Assembly: GCF_021869535.1 (NCBI RefSeq)
Contig: NW_026262668.1
Location: forward strand, 10,416,001 to 10,480,000
Direction: 5' to 3'
From: Mytilus californianus
Taxonomy: Eukaryota
Length of the DNA stretch: 64,000 nucleotides
Position numbers and translations under genes: made by a program. Below, one piece after another: positions 1-13,135 of this stretch (positions are counted from its first letter, which is position 1; every line of letters begins with the position of its first letter). The notes below the pieces were generated by a model that was not told where the DNA came from, searched no databases, and saw only the letters and a program-made list of their open reading frames with translations.

Positions 1-2264
1 TGAATAAGAAAATAAAAAAACGAATATCTTTTTTTTCCAATACATTTTGTAAAAATAATTTTAATATGTCTACATCGGCATTCAGCGTCGATCTTTTCTG
101 TACATTAATTTGTCATAACTTCCATATTTGAAATAAAGTTGTAAGATTTGCAAGACTTTGGTGTTACATTAGAAGACATATCTCACTCTGTGTATTGACT
201 AACTTGTCTAGAAGAAATAAAACATTGACAAACAATAAACTCATATTATGTATAAAATCTAAAAATCGGTGAGACTATTTGTAATTTTACCAAATATCCA
301 TCGACAAGGAAACATTGATTTAGACATGCCATTTGAATTTAAAATAAAGAATTGACGACTTATCTTAAATAAAAATACAAATGAGTATATTCCAACGGAA
401 CCTTGTTAATCATGCAATCACAAAAATGTACACCAAGTAAAGATTCTAAGCTGAATTTGTCGAGTTTGATTTGTGTTGTTTTTTTAAATTTGTATTTAAA
501 CAGTTGGAGAATACGCAGAGCACACGTTGATTATGGAAAATAAACAACAAGCAGAGAAAAGTATTAATTGGCTAAAAAAAAATCAGTTACGATTTCTTTA
601 TGATTTCTTTACGATTTCTGTTTAGATTGTAGTAATATCTAACGCGCATGAATGTACATGAGAATTTTTTAAATTGTGTCGTTCGTTTTCTTTAATCCAT
701 ACTGGTTCAGCGTATTTTACCAAAGACTGCTAGTAGAAAAGCTACAATCTGCCAAATACAGAGTTATTGGTCTTGGAATGATTTAAATGGTACAGTTTGA
801 TTCAACTAATGAACCAGTTTGATTTGAAACGATCCGACATTCTGGTCTGAACCGTTCTTTAAAAGAATGAACAATAAATAATTAAGCCATTTTCAGTCTT
901 TCAGTCAATTTTCAGAATTATCCACTGCGTAAAATTCAGTACTGTTAAGAAGTTTGCTTGTTATTTACCTGTACCCATCAACATCAAACTGAATTGTCTG
1001 AAATGTTACTGAACAGTACTGAATTGACTGCAAGCTCATTGTCTGAACAGTACCAAATTTATCGCAGTAGATAAGTCTGAACGTTTACTGAAAAACTAAA
1101 CATGAGTTTACAGATGATGTTTAGATCACCGTTTAAGACTAAAATTTATTTACTAGTATTCAAAACTTTATTTTATGATATTTGTATTTGACTAAAACTA
1201 AGTATGTACATCCCTTAGACAAAGTTGATCTTAGAAGGTTTGTGCTATGCTATTTAAGTCTTTTTTGTTTTGATGTTTGCTGCCTAACGTGTGAAGTATT
1301 TGGATTCTAAAACTTTTGGTCTAGAACATGTCTGCTTATGATTATTCTAGAAATGCGTGTGAGCTGACATAGATAAGCATTGTATAAAGTTAAAGGAGGG
1401 TGCTGAGCCTTTAATCCAGATTTTGTTCTATGGTTCTTTCTGCCACATTTGTATTTCATCTATTGTTGTAATAAAATTCAGGCAGTTAGTTTTATAAATT
1501 TTTATTGTTTCTCATTTTGTTGTTCATTGTTTTATAGCTTAGTATACGGTACATGACTTGCTCATTGTTGAAGGATTATGGTAACCTTTAAGTGTTCACA
1601 TTTTGGTCCTTTGGTATCTATTGATAGTTTGTGGGACAAATATTGGATTTAAACTGGTATGGTCTGTTTGATATTACAGGATGTTACTGTTATAAATCTG
1701 AGTTTCCAGCCAAGGTTAATGTCCAAGTAAAAGTAAAACTGACATTTAAAAAATTGTTGTCTCATCTAAATGGAAAAAAAAATCAGTCGGCTTTATTTCT
1801 ATTTCTGAAATGACCCTTATATCATGTAATTTAATATTAAGTGGCTCATTTCCATCAAAGTCGTTTTGGTAAAACGGACTTAAAGACACTCCTTTATCAC
1901 AATTAAGTCTAATATAAATATATAATTGGTAAATTTTGTAATGCAAATTAAAAGCGTCTTCCGATTTCTGTCTTTTTCTCTAATGCTATTGATGAATGAT
2001 TGACGTAGACACATTCAACTTCCTTAGCATACTTCGATGATCTTGAGAAAACACATGTAGAATTTAGGATATCAAATATAACTTTCTTATTTTAGTGCAG
2101 TCATAGAAGTGTTCTCAAATACTAACCTTTGTGGGGAAGGTTCCATACTGAAATAAAATCTTCTGAGTAAAGTTAATGTAAACATTAATATTACTTATCA
2201 TATCGTAATATACCTTAGATAAATCAAATATGAATTATATAATACCCCACTCTTCAAATACACG

Positions 2265-2660
2265 CATCATAAATACAAGGCTTACAATTCTGTACTCAAG
2301 ACGCGCGTTTGAACTTTCGTCTACACAAGATTCATCAGTGACGCTCGAATCAAAAAAGTTAAAAAGGCCAAAATAGAACGAAGTTGAAGAGCATTGAGGA
2401 CCTAAAATTTCGAAAGGTTTTGTCAAGTAGAGCTAAGGTAGTTCATTCCTGGGGGAAAAAATCCTTATTATTTCGAACAATTCAAAATTTTGTATACAGT
2501 TAATTTATAAGTATGACCAATATCAATAATAATAATTCATGTCAACACAGAAGTACTAAATACTGGGCTTGTGATACCCTCGGGGAGGAAACCTCCAAAA
2601 ACAGTGGTACCCACTCAGTGGTTGTAAATAAACTCATCATAGATACCAGCTTACAATTTT
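2265..2660 (-). mobile_element. Retrozyme-like repeat monomer (about 370 bp) with disrupted hammerhead motif
   Basis: Terminal redundancy catcataaatacaaggcttacaatt (2265) / catcatagataccagcttacaatt (2635). The - strand reads CTGATGA-ATC-N7-GAC-GAAA with a 7-nt insertion after GAAA. Confidence 0.65.
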
Positions 2661-2664
2661 TTAA

Positions 2665-3015
2665 TATAAGTGGGGGCTATATTGTATTCCGTTTTTTGAG
2701 CATCCGCCCGTTTGGCCAACAAATATTTCATACACACTTTTTCACGTACTATTCAACAGTAGATTTTTTACTTAGTCAACAGCTTGACATTGATGAGATG
2801 CAACATTTGAGCACATTTTGGATCTGTCAGACACTTGCTTCCTATTTGTCAATACTTTGATTTTTTCAATATGTTGATTAAATTTTTCTGAAGTTCTAAT
2901 GAACAAAATTACTTATATTTTGTCAGCAGCTTGACTATGATGAGCTTTAATGCGTAAGCACTTTTCTGATCTGTCAGACACCAACTTCCTGTTTTCTGAT
3001 ACTTTGAACTACAAG
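2665..3015. repeat. HINE/Helentron-like non-autonomous element with two 147-bp internal repeats
   Basis: Begins aagtgggggctata (a similar start is at about 29675). The cagcttgac...gatctgtcagacac...atactttga unit starts at 2780 and at 2927. Confidence 0.4.
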
Positions 3016-4169
3016 GGGTGGTATACTTAGCACGACAACATGTGCATTCTTGTTATATATATTTAGAAATGGATATACAAATAAAGAAATCAAGATGGAA
3101 TAACACAAGTGTGAAAGATCATGTATACCTCAAAATGACCAGAATAAAGAAAAACTACGATCGTTATCGCACATTTTCAAATTTATTCGCTCTGTTTCAT
3201 TTTTGTCAATCAATATTTATCTTAACACACACATTCTATTAGTTACATATCCCAAAACCTCAAAACGATTCTGTAAACGTACACGCTTTTATATCGTGCG
3301 CAATATAAAAGATCATTTAAACCTCAAAATGACTGTAGGAAAAATCTGCAATCGATTGTCAAGATTTTTCATTTATTTACTTTATTCAATAATTAAATAA
3401 AAATTCTATTTAGACATACAAATTCACACAACAATTCTTGCAAAATTTATTACAAAAATTTAGACAAACTCTTGTATAATCCTCAGACTTCTGAAAAGGA
3501 AAGTTGTTTTTTCAGTGCTATTTAAGAAAGCTATCATCTGGACTTCTTGGATCAAATCGTGGCCTTTTTGTTCAGCATGTTGGCTTCTTTGCATTCAACT
3601 ATACAAGATTGACGTTTTAAAACGAGGAAAGGGGACTCAATTTTAGCTAATTATGCAATTTCTTTGAATCCATCTTCAATAAATGTGCTATAAAAAGAAT
3701 TTCTTTGGCTGAACTGTGGTTCGTGTAATTTGGGGTTCCAACGTAGCCGCATTATGTAAAACTTTAAGGGCTAATGATTTTTAGTTTGATTAAATGTAAA
3801 AATATCCCAGATGACTTTGATGTCAAATATCCAAAATGATACCAAGGTTTTTTTCATAACCAATGTCGTTACAACGTTTAGTGTGTATACAATTAGTAGG
3901 TAACGCATTGAACAATTTCGTCTGGTCAACAACCTATTTGGTCTCAGGCCTGTGCAACTTTTTTACAAGGAGATTTCGTCAAAATATTATTTGAGAAGAC
4001 ATTTCCGTTTATTTCCTGTTTAGATTATCATCAAGAAAGGGAAAGCGGCATTTACGTGATGAAATAGAAATCCATGCAAAACGGTCAAACTTGTAAATGA
4101 ATAAGCAAATAAATAAAATTTCGTTTTGAGAAAAAGAAACATTAAATACAATCATGCAAATATATTTAT

Positions 4170-4348
4170 AAGCAAAAAGTTAAATCACAAAAACACTGAA
4201 CTCCGAGGAAAATCCAAAACGGAAAGTCCGTAATAAAATGACAAAATCAAAAGCACAAACACATCAAACGAATGGACAACAACTGTCATATTCCTGACTT
4301 GGTACAGGCATTTTCTTATGTAGAAAATAGTGGATTGAACCTGGTTTT
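4170..4348 (-). repeat. Interspersed repeat R2 (3' tail of a PLE family); other copies at 5996-6112, 15695-15842, 45180-45385
   Basis: Shared sequence ggaaagtcc...caaacacatcaaacgaatgga...actgtcatattcctgacttggtacaggca in several copies. The copy at 15695 follows a PLE RT fragment in the same orientation. Confidence 0.75.
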
Positions 4349-7050
4349 AGACGATTACATTGATCACTTAAATAGGATCCTTTAGATAAAACCATTATCA
4401 ATAATGATATTTTAAACAGTTTGTTGTAGCTTTTATCTGTTTATCACTTGTATAACAACATGATTTCAACTAATGAAACTTCTTCTGAGAGTTGTTGAGC
4501 TATGTGAATTGACAGGAAATGACAGACAATTATGCTATCCCATAAGTATCTAATATTGTTTTCCTATTTTTGGAAACCGGTAATTACTAGAAATGACAGT
4601 TAAGAGATCAAAGTCATTAGCAAAGACGTTTGATTGATCGCATTGATGTTGTTAGTTAAAGCTTATAAAATAAATAAGATATGTTAATTACTGATACATT
4701 TTGTTCTGTTTTATCATTTTAGAATGATAATAAGGAAAAAATCAGCTTGAAGAAAATTATTCATAATACCAAATGTGATCAATAGTGTAAATAAAACTCT
4801 AAGTAAAATCCTTTATAAGCAAGATAACATATGGTTTGACAAGTACAGGTTTACTATTATGAAGTAATACATCATATCCTTTCTTGAGTCGTTTGCATAA
4901 GTTGAAATATCAAAACTGATTTTGTTTTGTTGAACTCTTGAAATAATAGATCATTTCTGTCATCAAAGTATTCATGATATTCACGTGATGAGGCGTATTA
5001 TATATATATTTATATCAGGTTTGCAAAGAAATGTTAGATATTGTGTTTTTGGAATGGTTTTTTGTATTACATTATATAAATGGCGGAGTAAGTGAATTTA
5101 CATTGTTGCGCAGTCTTATTCAATTAATCTGAAAGGAAAACGTTCTTTAGAAATATACTAAATATAGATCCAACATAAAACATTCAAAGCTTAAAGATGA
5201 GCTTGAATCACCAGCATTTTAACATTTTAGAATCAAATGAATTCTATGTACCATTTTCAAAATGGTACATGTACACCAAAAAGTTGTGATTGGCCAAAAA
5301 CGTCATAAAAATGAAAATTCCACCATTAGAATGACATGTTTTCATGTTTAGGAACAAACTATGAAAACACCCATTTCTGTAGTGTTACGTGACGTCATTG
5401 CTTCATATTTTCCAGTATCACGTCCTGTTCAAGATAAAAAAAAATATATACAGTAGGATCAAATAAACATTTTAAACTATTGAAATTATCAGTTTTATTG
5501 GAAAAATTATGGATAAAGTTCTAACCTAATGCGGAAATTGGAAAAACATGACGTCTAGCACTAAGTCATGTTTAATTTGATGTTATCTGATTATTGAATG
5601 TAAGAAAATCACTTCACTTCCTGGTTTTTGAAATTCTTTGTTTTAAAGTAATAATAAATGCAGTGGCCTAAGGGGGCGAGCGATTGGAATTTGCTATGTT
5701 TTATTTATTCAATAAAGAATAATCTATATTGAGAGTAATGTACTAATAACAAAATTAAGTCACATAATTTAATTTTGTCTGATCGGGTCTTTTTAGATTT
5801 AATGAAATACTAAAAACCTTTTTATTAGATTAACAAAATATGATATAATAGATTATAGGCAATAGGTTATTTGAAATATGCAGTATCATTTTTTTTTCCT
5901 TATCTATGGGATTGCTTTGCTCAGGTCGCTCTCCACTTGATACGTGAATATAATACATTTCAGTATAACGCTTAATTACTTTATCTTGATTATGGAAACA
6001 CAGGTGTTTTCCATTCGTTTGATGTGTTTGAGCTTTTGATTTTGCCATTTGATAAGGGACTTTCCGTTTTGAATTTTCTTTGGAGGTCGGTATTTTTGTC
6101 ATTTTACTTTTTTCCTAGCTGCGCAAATATTTTTTGCACTTCTCACCTTTACCCGCGAGCCTTCTAAGAACATTGTTTCATGACAATTTTCTATTGGTTT
6201 ATAAGGAAATGATGGTATATTATTTTTACAACATACACAATATTTTGAAACAACCTTAAGGAAATACCTATACTGGTTTCTCCATTGTTTGATACCGAAC
6301 AAATTTCAAAAGTATATCGTTATACAATTGCTGTTGAAGAGTGTAAATGCATGTATTCAAAATGAACGAAAAAAAAATAAAGTACGATAAATATGTTGCA
6401 TTTTCAGCCAAACAATATATTTTACAATATTTCTTTCGTGATTGAATGATGTTCAATTTCGACTGTATTTTAAGGTGGATTTCATTTTCCCAACATCATC
6501 GTATACTAGAACTATTTATTTATTTTCCTCAATAATAAAAACAAATCTCTTGGTATAGAAAATGTAATCAAGTACACAACAGTGAGCTTTTGAACAAAAT
6601 ATTAACAGGAATTTAACATAAAAAGTTAAACTGAATTCTATATCTTATTCCCATTTATATTTCATTTTTAAAACCAGGTAAAATTCGCGTGAATTGCAGG
6701 TTAAAGTTCAATTACCATGGAATTTTCGTTTATTTTATGAGAATTTGGCGTGAAATGGGGAATTCATGTAAGAGATAAAGGTATGTATGACCCTAAAACT
6801 GTAGTATCTGACATATGTACTGTATCAATGATAGCAACGATTTGTTATCCATATAAGCTGTTACCATTAGATTTTCATCAATCAAATGCGGTATAATTAG
6901 CCTAATATATAATCTTTGTTTTCATCAACACTATTTGTTAACAGTCTGCGAACAAGACAAATGTTTCATTGGATACTATTATTAGTTAATCAGAAGATTC
7001 ATTCTCTTATAGAAGTAATTTGAAAATAAAATGACACTTCATAAATTGCA

Positions 7051-7260
7051 TGCGTCCCGAAGCGCTTTTCTGGATTAACCTTCACCAGGAACGCTCAAAG
7101 AAAAAATATTGAAAGCCAAGGATGTATAACTACCTGAACACACGAAGAGTTTATGGACCAACAGGGACCGAAAAATAATAGAGAAATTCGTCGCAGGTCA
7201 ACTTAGCCTGAGCATCTGAGCATAACAAAAGAGTATCCTTCCTTGGTAGGTTAGGGTCTC
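7051..7260 (-). mobile_element. Retrozyme-like family B fragment with variant hammerhead-like motif; relatives at 11556-11640, 41140-41420, 48470-48740, 49455-49760
   Basis: The - strand reads gagcgttcCTGGTGAaggttaatccaGAAAagcgcttcgggacgca. The body gaaagccaaggatgtataa...aataatagccaaattc...aactttgcctga recurs in the other copies. Confidence 0.55.
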
Positions 7261-8032
7261 TGTATGTGTGAGTTATTAAGGAATGCTTGTATACAGAGCT
7301 ATTTAGTCGATAACTTGTGTTTACTATAAGGTGTTTAATTGTGAATTTATTATAATTTGTCGAATACTTTTTTTTCATAGATTTCGAAGATATAGGTGAA
7401 CCACGAATTTAAATATTCAACAGAATACATGTGTTCTATAGGTATCTATGACTAATTGGTATGACTAGTAGACATTTGCAGAAACTGTCATACACCTACG
7501 ATTATGATTACAAATACACTTACAGGTAGCATTTAAATCTTGGGTCGTTTCAAAGTGTAAATATAAACCGTCGGTTAAAAAAAAGACTAACTCCTATGGT
7601 GTTTTCTATAGTTGAATAACGGAATTTTAAAGAAATATCGGTAAAAAATGTCATCTTCTCGTTGCAGTGGCTAGATTTGGACATTTAATTGACAAACCGA
7701 TATTGATTTTTTTTTATCTCGAGTCATACAGCGGCAGGTTTAATAATTATATTTGTGTAACTTGCTTCCTCTATCTTTTCAAATAAAAAATGGCAAATTT
7801 ACAGACACACACACATCAACAAAGGTTTAGAAAAAACATACACAAATTTTATTCTATAAAAGAACCCCTCTCCTTTTTTTCGAAATTAACTTTTAGAGCA
7901 TACGATACAGTAAAGATCCCTCGGTGAATTTTCTTGAAACTGTAATATAGAGTGCACATATGACGGTGTCCATATCAACACAAAGTTAATCTGATAAGTG
8001 TATTTCGTGCATTTATTTCATTTCCCCCCGTT

Positions 8033-9033
8033 ATGGACGAAGAACACAGTTTAACGATGGCAGCAGTACCTGCCCTGATGCAGACTCCACCAGATGTTAT
8101 GTTACACATTTCATTCTTCATCTGATTCCAACCGTGGTAGTCCTAGCTTGACCACCTACAAACCAATCTTTTACAATCAGGGAAATATTATAGGCAATGC
8201 TGTACACTTTTGGAATGTCAAAGATGTGTTCACTTGTTTTGATATTCCTTCTACAGGTGAAACTCCTGAAACGTTACTTCAAATTGTATCCGATGTTAAT
8301 GGTCCCTTTAGACAGAGAACCGGTTGGGATCATTAGCTTTCCCCGGGAAACAGAATTCTTCTTTTCTGTTATGGTTTTAATCGTAACCATCTTATCATAT
8401 GATTTCTGAAATAGTTTACGTTAGTGTTTCGACTACCAAAGATGAAACACATAAATGTATACCTATTTCAAGACACATACAGCCGTCTTATGAGTTGGCA
8501 TTCTTTGGGTGATGGGAAGAACTTACAAGGTGAGTGGTCAAAACGTCCGTTTGCAGTAACGGCTACCGACGGAACTTCAACTGCTAGTTTGCGGCCTATA
8601 ACGGAACCACAGGAACAGTATTTCTCGGGTCACAGACATTGTCACAGACATTGTCACTGCATTCACACTCGTGTGGTAATATCGAACGAAGACATGATAT
8701 GTAATGTTGAGTGCGGATTTCTTTGGCATCAGCAATATATGTTGATAAGAAATATAGGACAAGTATTACTTTTTCTGACTGAGTTGTTTTTGCTAGGCGA
8801 TAAAGTATATCCGAAAAGATATCCAGTATTGACACCTTATATAAAACAAACCCCCAGTATATGCAGAGGAAATGTAGAAAATTGACATACTACACACTAT
8901 AGAGTAGAGGTTGAACACGCCATCGGAAAATTATAAAAAAAAACACAAAGTTATGAGGGCTTTGTGGCAAATCACATCTGTTGTGACCATAAGCGCGGCA
9001 TTTGTGTGTCGTCGAAAAGACTTATTTACATGA
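8033..9033 (+). pseudogene. PIF/Harbinger-ISL2EU (HARBI1-like, DDE_Tnp_4) transposase pseudogene
   Basis: Frameshifted segments: HTH-like YPSYHMISEIVYVSVSTTKDE, then ATDGT...QYFSGHRH...CIHT, LGDKVYP...LTPY and RVEVEHAIGKL, which supply the D-D-E triad. Contains a 12-nt duplication (cacagacattgt x2), frameshifts and stops. Confidence 0.8.
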
Positions 9034-11744
9034 TTAAACATATCATTTCATTTTACTATGTATCTCAATTGTTTTTTTTTAATTTTTTTTATTTTGAGAG
9101 GACCCCTTGTTTTTCGTCAACTGTAATCGTAAGTCTGAGTGTAATCCTAGATATAGACCTAGTTTCCGCAAAGGTGTAGTAAGAATAAAATTATGAATCT
9201 ACAAAAATAGAATTTTTCATCAATGCATGAATATTTATACCCACGAAAATAAATGAATCCCGATATATTGGAAGATATGAATGAGAAAACAATGATAGAA
9301 AGAATCAAGCCTGATGATTTAAACGAACGAAACTAATTTCTCCTGGTATTCTTATAAATTACAATAACACAGCTATTTGCTTGACAGTCTATTGTCAATA
9401 AAACTATCATGCATTTGAATTGATAAATGGATATTTATTGTAATGCATTTGTTTATTTCTAAGCACTGATTCCATTTAGATCGGCGTCTTGATTCACTGT
9501 AGGCAATATAACATTGACTAGAAGGTTCAATGACCGGATCTTTATGATCAAGTTATTATGAAAGGTTGAATTGTGCAGTTTCGAGGTCTTTTGTACTGAA
9601 TTTAAAACACTACAACACAAAACTGTGATAACTGCATTTTTTTCATTCACGAGTTTTAAATCAATGCTACAACAAGTACATTGCTTGAATTGCAAATATT
9701 GGCATGTTCTTAAACGTTGAAGACAAAATTTATATCTTTGTATAAAGCACAAAAGAAAAGTTACGTGAACCTGTTGGGTTTTTGCCGATGAAATAGCCAG
9801 TTAAGCGACAATCACTTGATCCGAATGTCTACTTACAATTTTTAAATGAATGCAACTCAGACAACAACGAGGAAATGATGTGCAAAATATTTTAAACTTG
9901 ATTATAGAGTGACAACGAAGCTGAAGCTGTTTGAGCTTACAAATCCAGTATTAGTTATTGATTTCAGTTCTTAATAAAGAAAAATAACAAGTTACCTAAC
10001 AATTACTTCAGAATGCTTTTCCATTTCGACTGCGCTTTTCACTACAGTCTAAATAAACTAGGATTACTATTTTGACAGTGAATAGTTCTCGGAATGGAAG
10101 ACTTTTAATTGACTTGTGTAAACATCATTTTAATTTGAAACGTTATGCTGGTTTAAGATAACAGTGATTCCACTGTATTACGTGGCATAAAATGTGATAT
10201 TTCATTTTTACAACTTTTTAAAAATAATGTTACTCTTGTAAAATATGTATTGCTGGAATGATTGAATAATTTTCATATCATCAGAAAATCATGCTTGTGA
10301 ATTAAAACTTACGAACGCACAACAAAACGCAAATAAAAGAAACAGAAATTCAAAATATCAGCGACATACAATAGAAAACCCCAATAAAACATAGATATAA
10401 ACGGAACACTTACATTTCCGTAGACAACGTTTGTACACAATTATGGCTCAAAAACAAAATCAACTATCTATTTTGATAACGTTACCCCAACAAGCATTGT
10501 ATTTATTGATATGGTCGTCAAACCGTATTTTACAAGAAATAATATTTATTGAATAAATTACCTCGTAAGATCAACATTGTTATTCTTTAAGATTTATATT
10601 TTGTAATGGTTTTAAAAGATGCAAGCTTGAAAGATTGTCTAATCTTAAGGATTTTAAAGCTATCTTTATAAAAAAACAAACGTGATTTTTTAAAGTAAAT
10701 TTGAAAAAATCCATTTAATAGACGGTAAGATGTCAAACAAATAATCAGTTTCTAAGAATATTTCCCTAATGCAAAGATCCAGAAAATATGTAAAATTGTA
10801 CTATTCTTAAAGACTTAGCAATGCTTTCTCGATTAATTTGCTTTATCTTGATACTTGTTACTAGCTATCAAGATCGAATCTCAAATTGCAGTAGCATTGA
10901 AAAGAATGTGATTGTAACATAACTATAAAAAATAGAAATGTGTAAAAATTAATCGCACAAAACTTCAAAAACAACATTAATTGGCTGCTTAGGGTTTTCT
11001 GTAAGCCTGCTAGTGGAATTTCAGCCATATAATGATTTATTGACTCGATTTAAAATAGATTAAACTTTCCGATATTTATGCGTTTAAGACGAATGTGTCG
11101 ATCAATGATAAGCTTAGGAACTTCACTTTTAAAAAAAAATTGACTGGTTAGCCTTATAAGTATAAATTCGCATTTGTTATTTTTAAAAGACATTCTTTCC
11201 GGTCACTTGTTTTCTAATTTTTTTTCGAAAGTAAGTCATGTGAGTTTTGTAATAGATTGTTTATAGAAATGACCTATCGGAAGAAGTAGTTGTCATTGCT
11301 TTATTTCTTTTTCGATTATTGACATGCAATCCATTTCCTGTCCTGTCACTTTTGTGGAAAAGAGCTTCACAAAACGTCGTAAGGTTATTATTACACATGT
11401 TTTGTTTTCTTGAAATAACATTAATCACGCAAGGGAATTTATAATCATAAAACAGTTTCTAAAAATAAACGGCAAAAGAGAAAAGATATACGGAATGGTT
11501 ATAATTCCCAATTATTCCTGACTTGGAGTAGAAACAATTGTTTTTTCAACATATCAATGACCAAAAGGGACCGAAAAATAATAGCCAAATTCATCTTGGG
11601 TCAACTTTGCCTGAGGGAGTTGTAAAGACAAGAGTGTATGCTTCCATGGTCTTATGACGACTGAAATAACTAGACATACTGCTGTATTATTTAACAAAGG
11701 TCTCTATGGCCAGGGTCTATATAGCTATATATCAACTAATCAAA

Positions 11745-11910
11745 GATACCAGGATTAAAATTTTGTACGCCAGACGCGCGTTTTGTCTACAAAAGACTCA
11801 TCAGTGACGCTCGAATAAAAAAAGTTAAAAAGGCCAAGTAAAGTACGAAGTTGAAGAGCAAGAAGGACCCGAAATTTCGAAAGGTTTTGCCAAATTCAGC
11901 TTAGGTAATC
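11745..11910 (-). mobile_element. Retrozyme-like family A fragment; hammerhead core with G12A substitution
   Basis: The - strand reads CTGATGA GTC TTTTGTA GAC AAAA CGCGCGTCTGGCGTA, so GAAA has become AAAA. Confidence 0.7.
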
Positions 11911-12110
11911 TATTGCTATGTGTGAGTGATGAAAGAGTGTGTATATGCAGTTCTATTTATAGCCGATAATTTATGTTTGCTATAAAGCATAACATTGTGG
12001 ATTTATTATAATTTGTCGTGTTCCGATTTTCGTAAAGGTGAAACACGAATTTATGTATTCAACAAACTACATGTGTTATATAGACATCTATGCAGAATTG
12101 TATCTTGTCT

Positions 12111-13135
12111 TAGGGAGGGATCCTCCTTTGTAAAAAAAATCATTCCGAAACTGACATTATCAAGATGCTTGATTTCTTGATTGACAACAAATTTGTTACG
12201 TTTGGAGGACGTGTTTTTCAACAAACAATCGGCATTCCAATGGGAACAAACTGTTCCCGTCTACTTACCGACTTGTTCCTTTATTCATTTGAAGCTGACT
12301 TCATACAGGAACTTCTTACGAAGAAAGAAAAGAAGAGTATCCTTTAACTTTACTTTCCGCTACATAGATGATGTTCTCTCACTAAATGATTCAAAATTTG
12401 GTGACTATGTTGAGCGCATCTATCCCATCGAACTTGAGATAAAGGATACACCAGATACAGTTAAGTCTGCCTCATATCTTGACTTACATCTAGAAATGGA
12501 CAATGAGGGTCGGTTGAAAACAAAACTTTATGACAAAAGAGATGATTTCAGCTTCCCAATTGTGAACTTTCCATGTTTATGTAGCAACAGTCAAGTAGCG
12601 CCTGCATACGGAGTATATATCTCCCAGTTGATACGATACTCCAGGGTTTGTATTTCCTATCATGATTTCCTTGATAAAGGTTTACTACTCACAAGGAAGT
12701 TATTAAACCAAGAGTTCCAAGTGGTGAAGTTGAAATCATCTCTTCGTAAATTTTACGGACGCCATCACGAGTTGGTTGACCGTTACGGAATATCCGTTTC
12801 ACAGATGATTGCGAATATGTTCCTAAGGTCGAATCTACAATCCCGTCCCCTTTTCCCGAATGTGACCTACCGAATTAGACTTATAACCGGGTTTGTACTA
12901 ACATGAGCAACACGACGGGTGTCACATGTGGAGCAGGATCTGCTTACCCTTCCGGAGCACCTGAGATCACCCCCAGTTTTTGGTGGGGGTTCGTGTTGCT
13001 CAGTCTGTAGTTTTTTATGTTGTGTTTTGTGTACTAATGTTTGTCTGTTTGTCTTTTTTTAGCCATGGCGTTGTCAGTTTATTTTCGACTTATGAGTTTG
13101 AATGTCCCATTGGTATCTTTCGCCTCTCTTTTATT
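12111..13135 (+). mobile_element. Penelope-like element family 1, 5'-truncated (RT C-terminal half plus 3' tail)
   Basis: ORFs 12165-12347 and 12181-12906 give GIPMGTNC, FRYIDD, SYLDL, LYDKRDDFSFPIVNFP and AYGVYISQLIRY. Followed by tail gcaacacgacgggt...cttccggagcacctgag. Confidence 0.9.

Noticed and set aside
3500-3600. PRSPD on the - strand suggesting a Tc1/mariner box
   Set aside because: An isolated five-residue match with no other transposase motif.
10821-10922. Signal-peptide-like short ORF present in both duplicates (also at 16305)
   Set aside because: It stops after 33 codons, and differences between the copies are mostly at codon positions 1-2, so there is no sign of selection.
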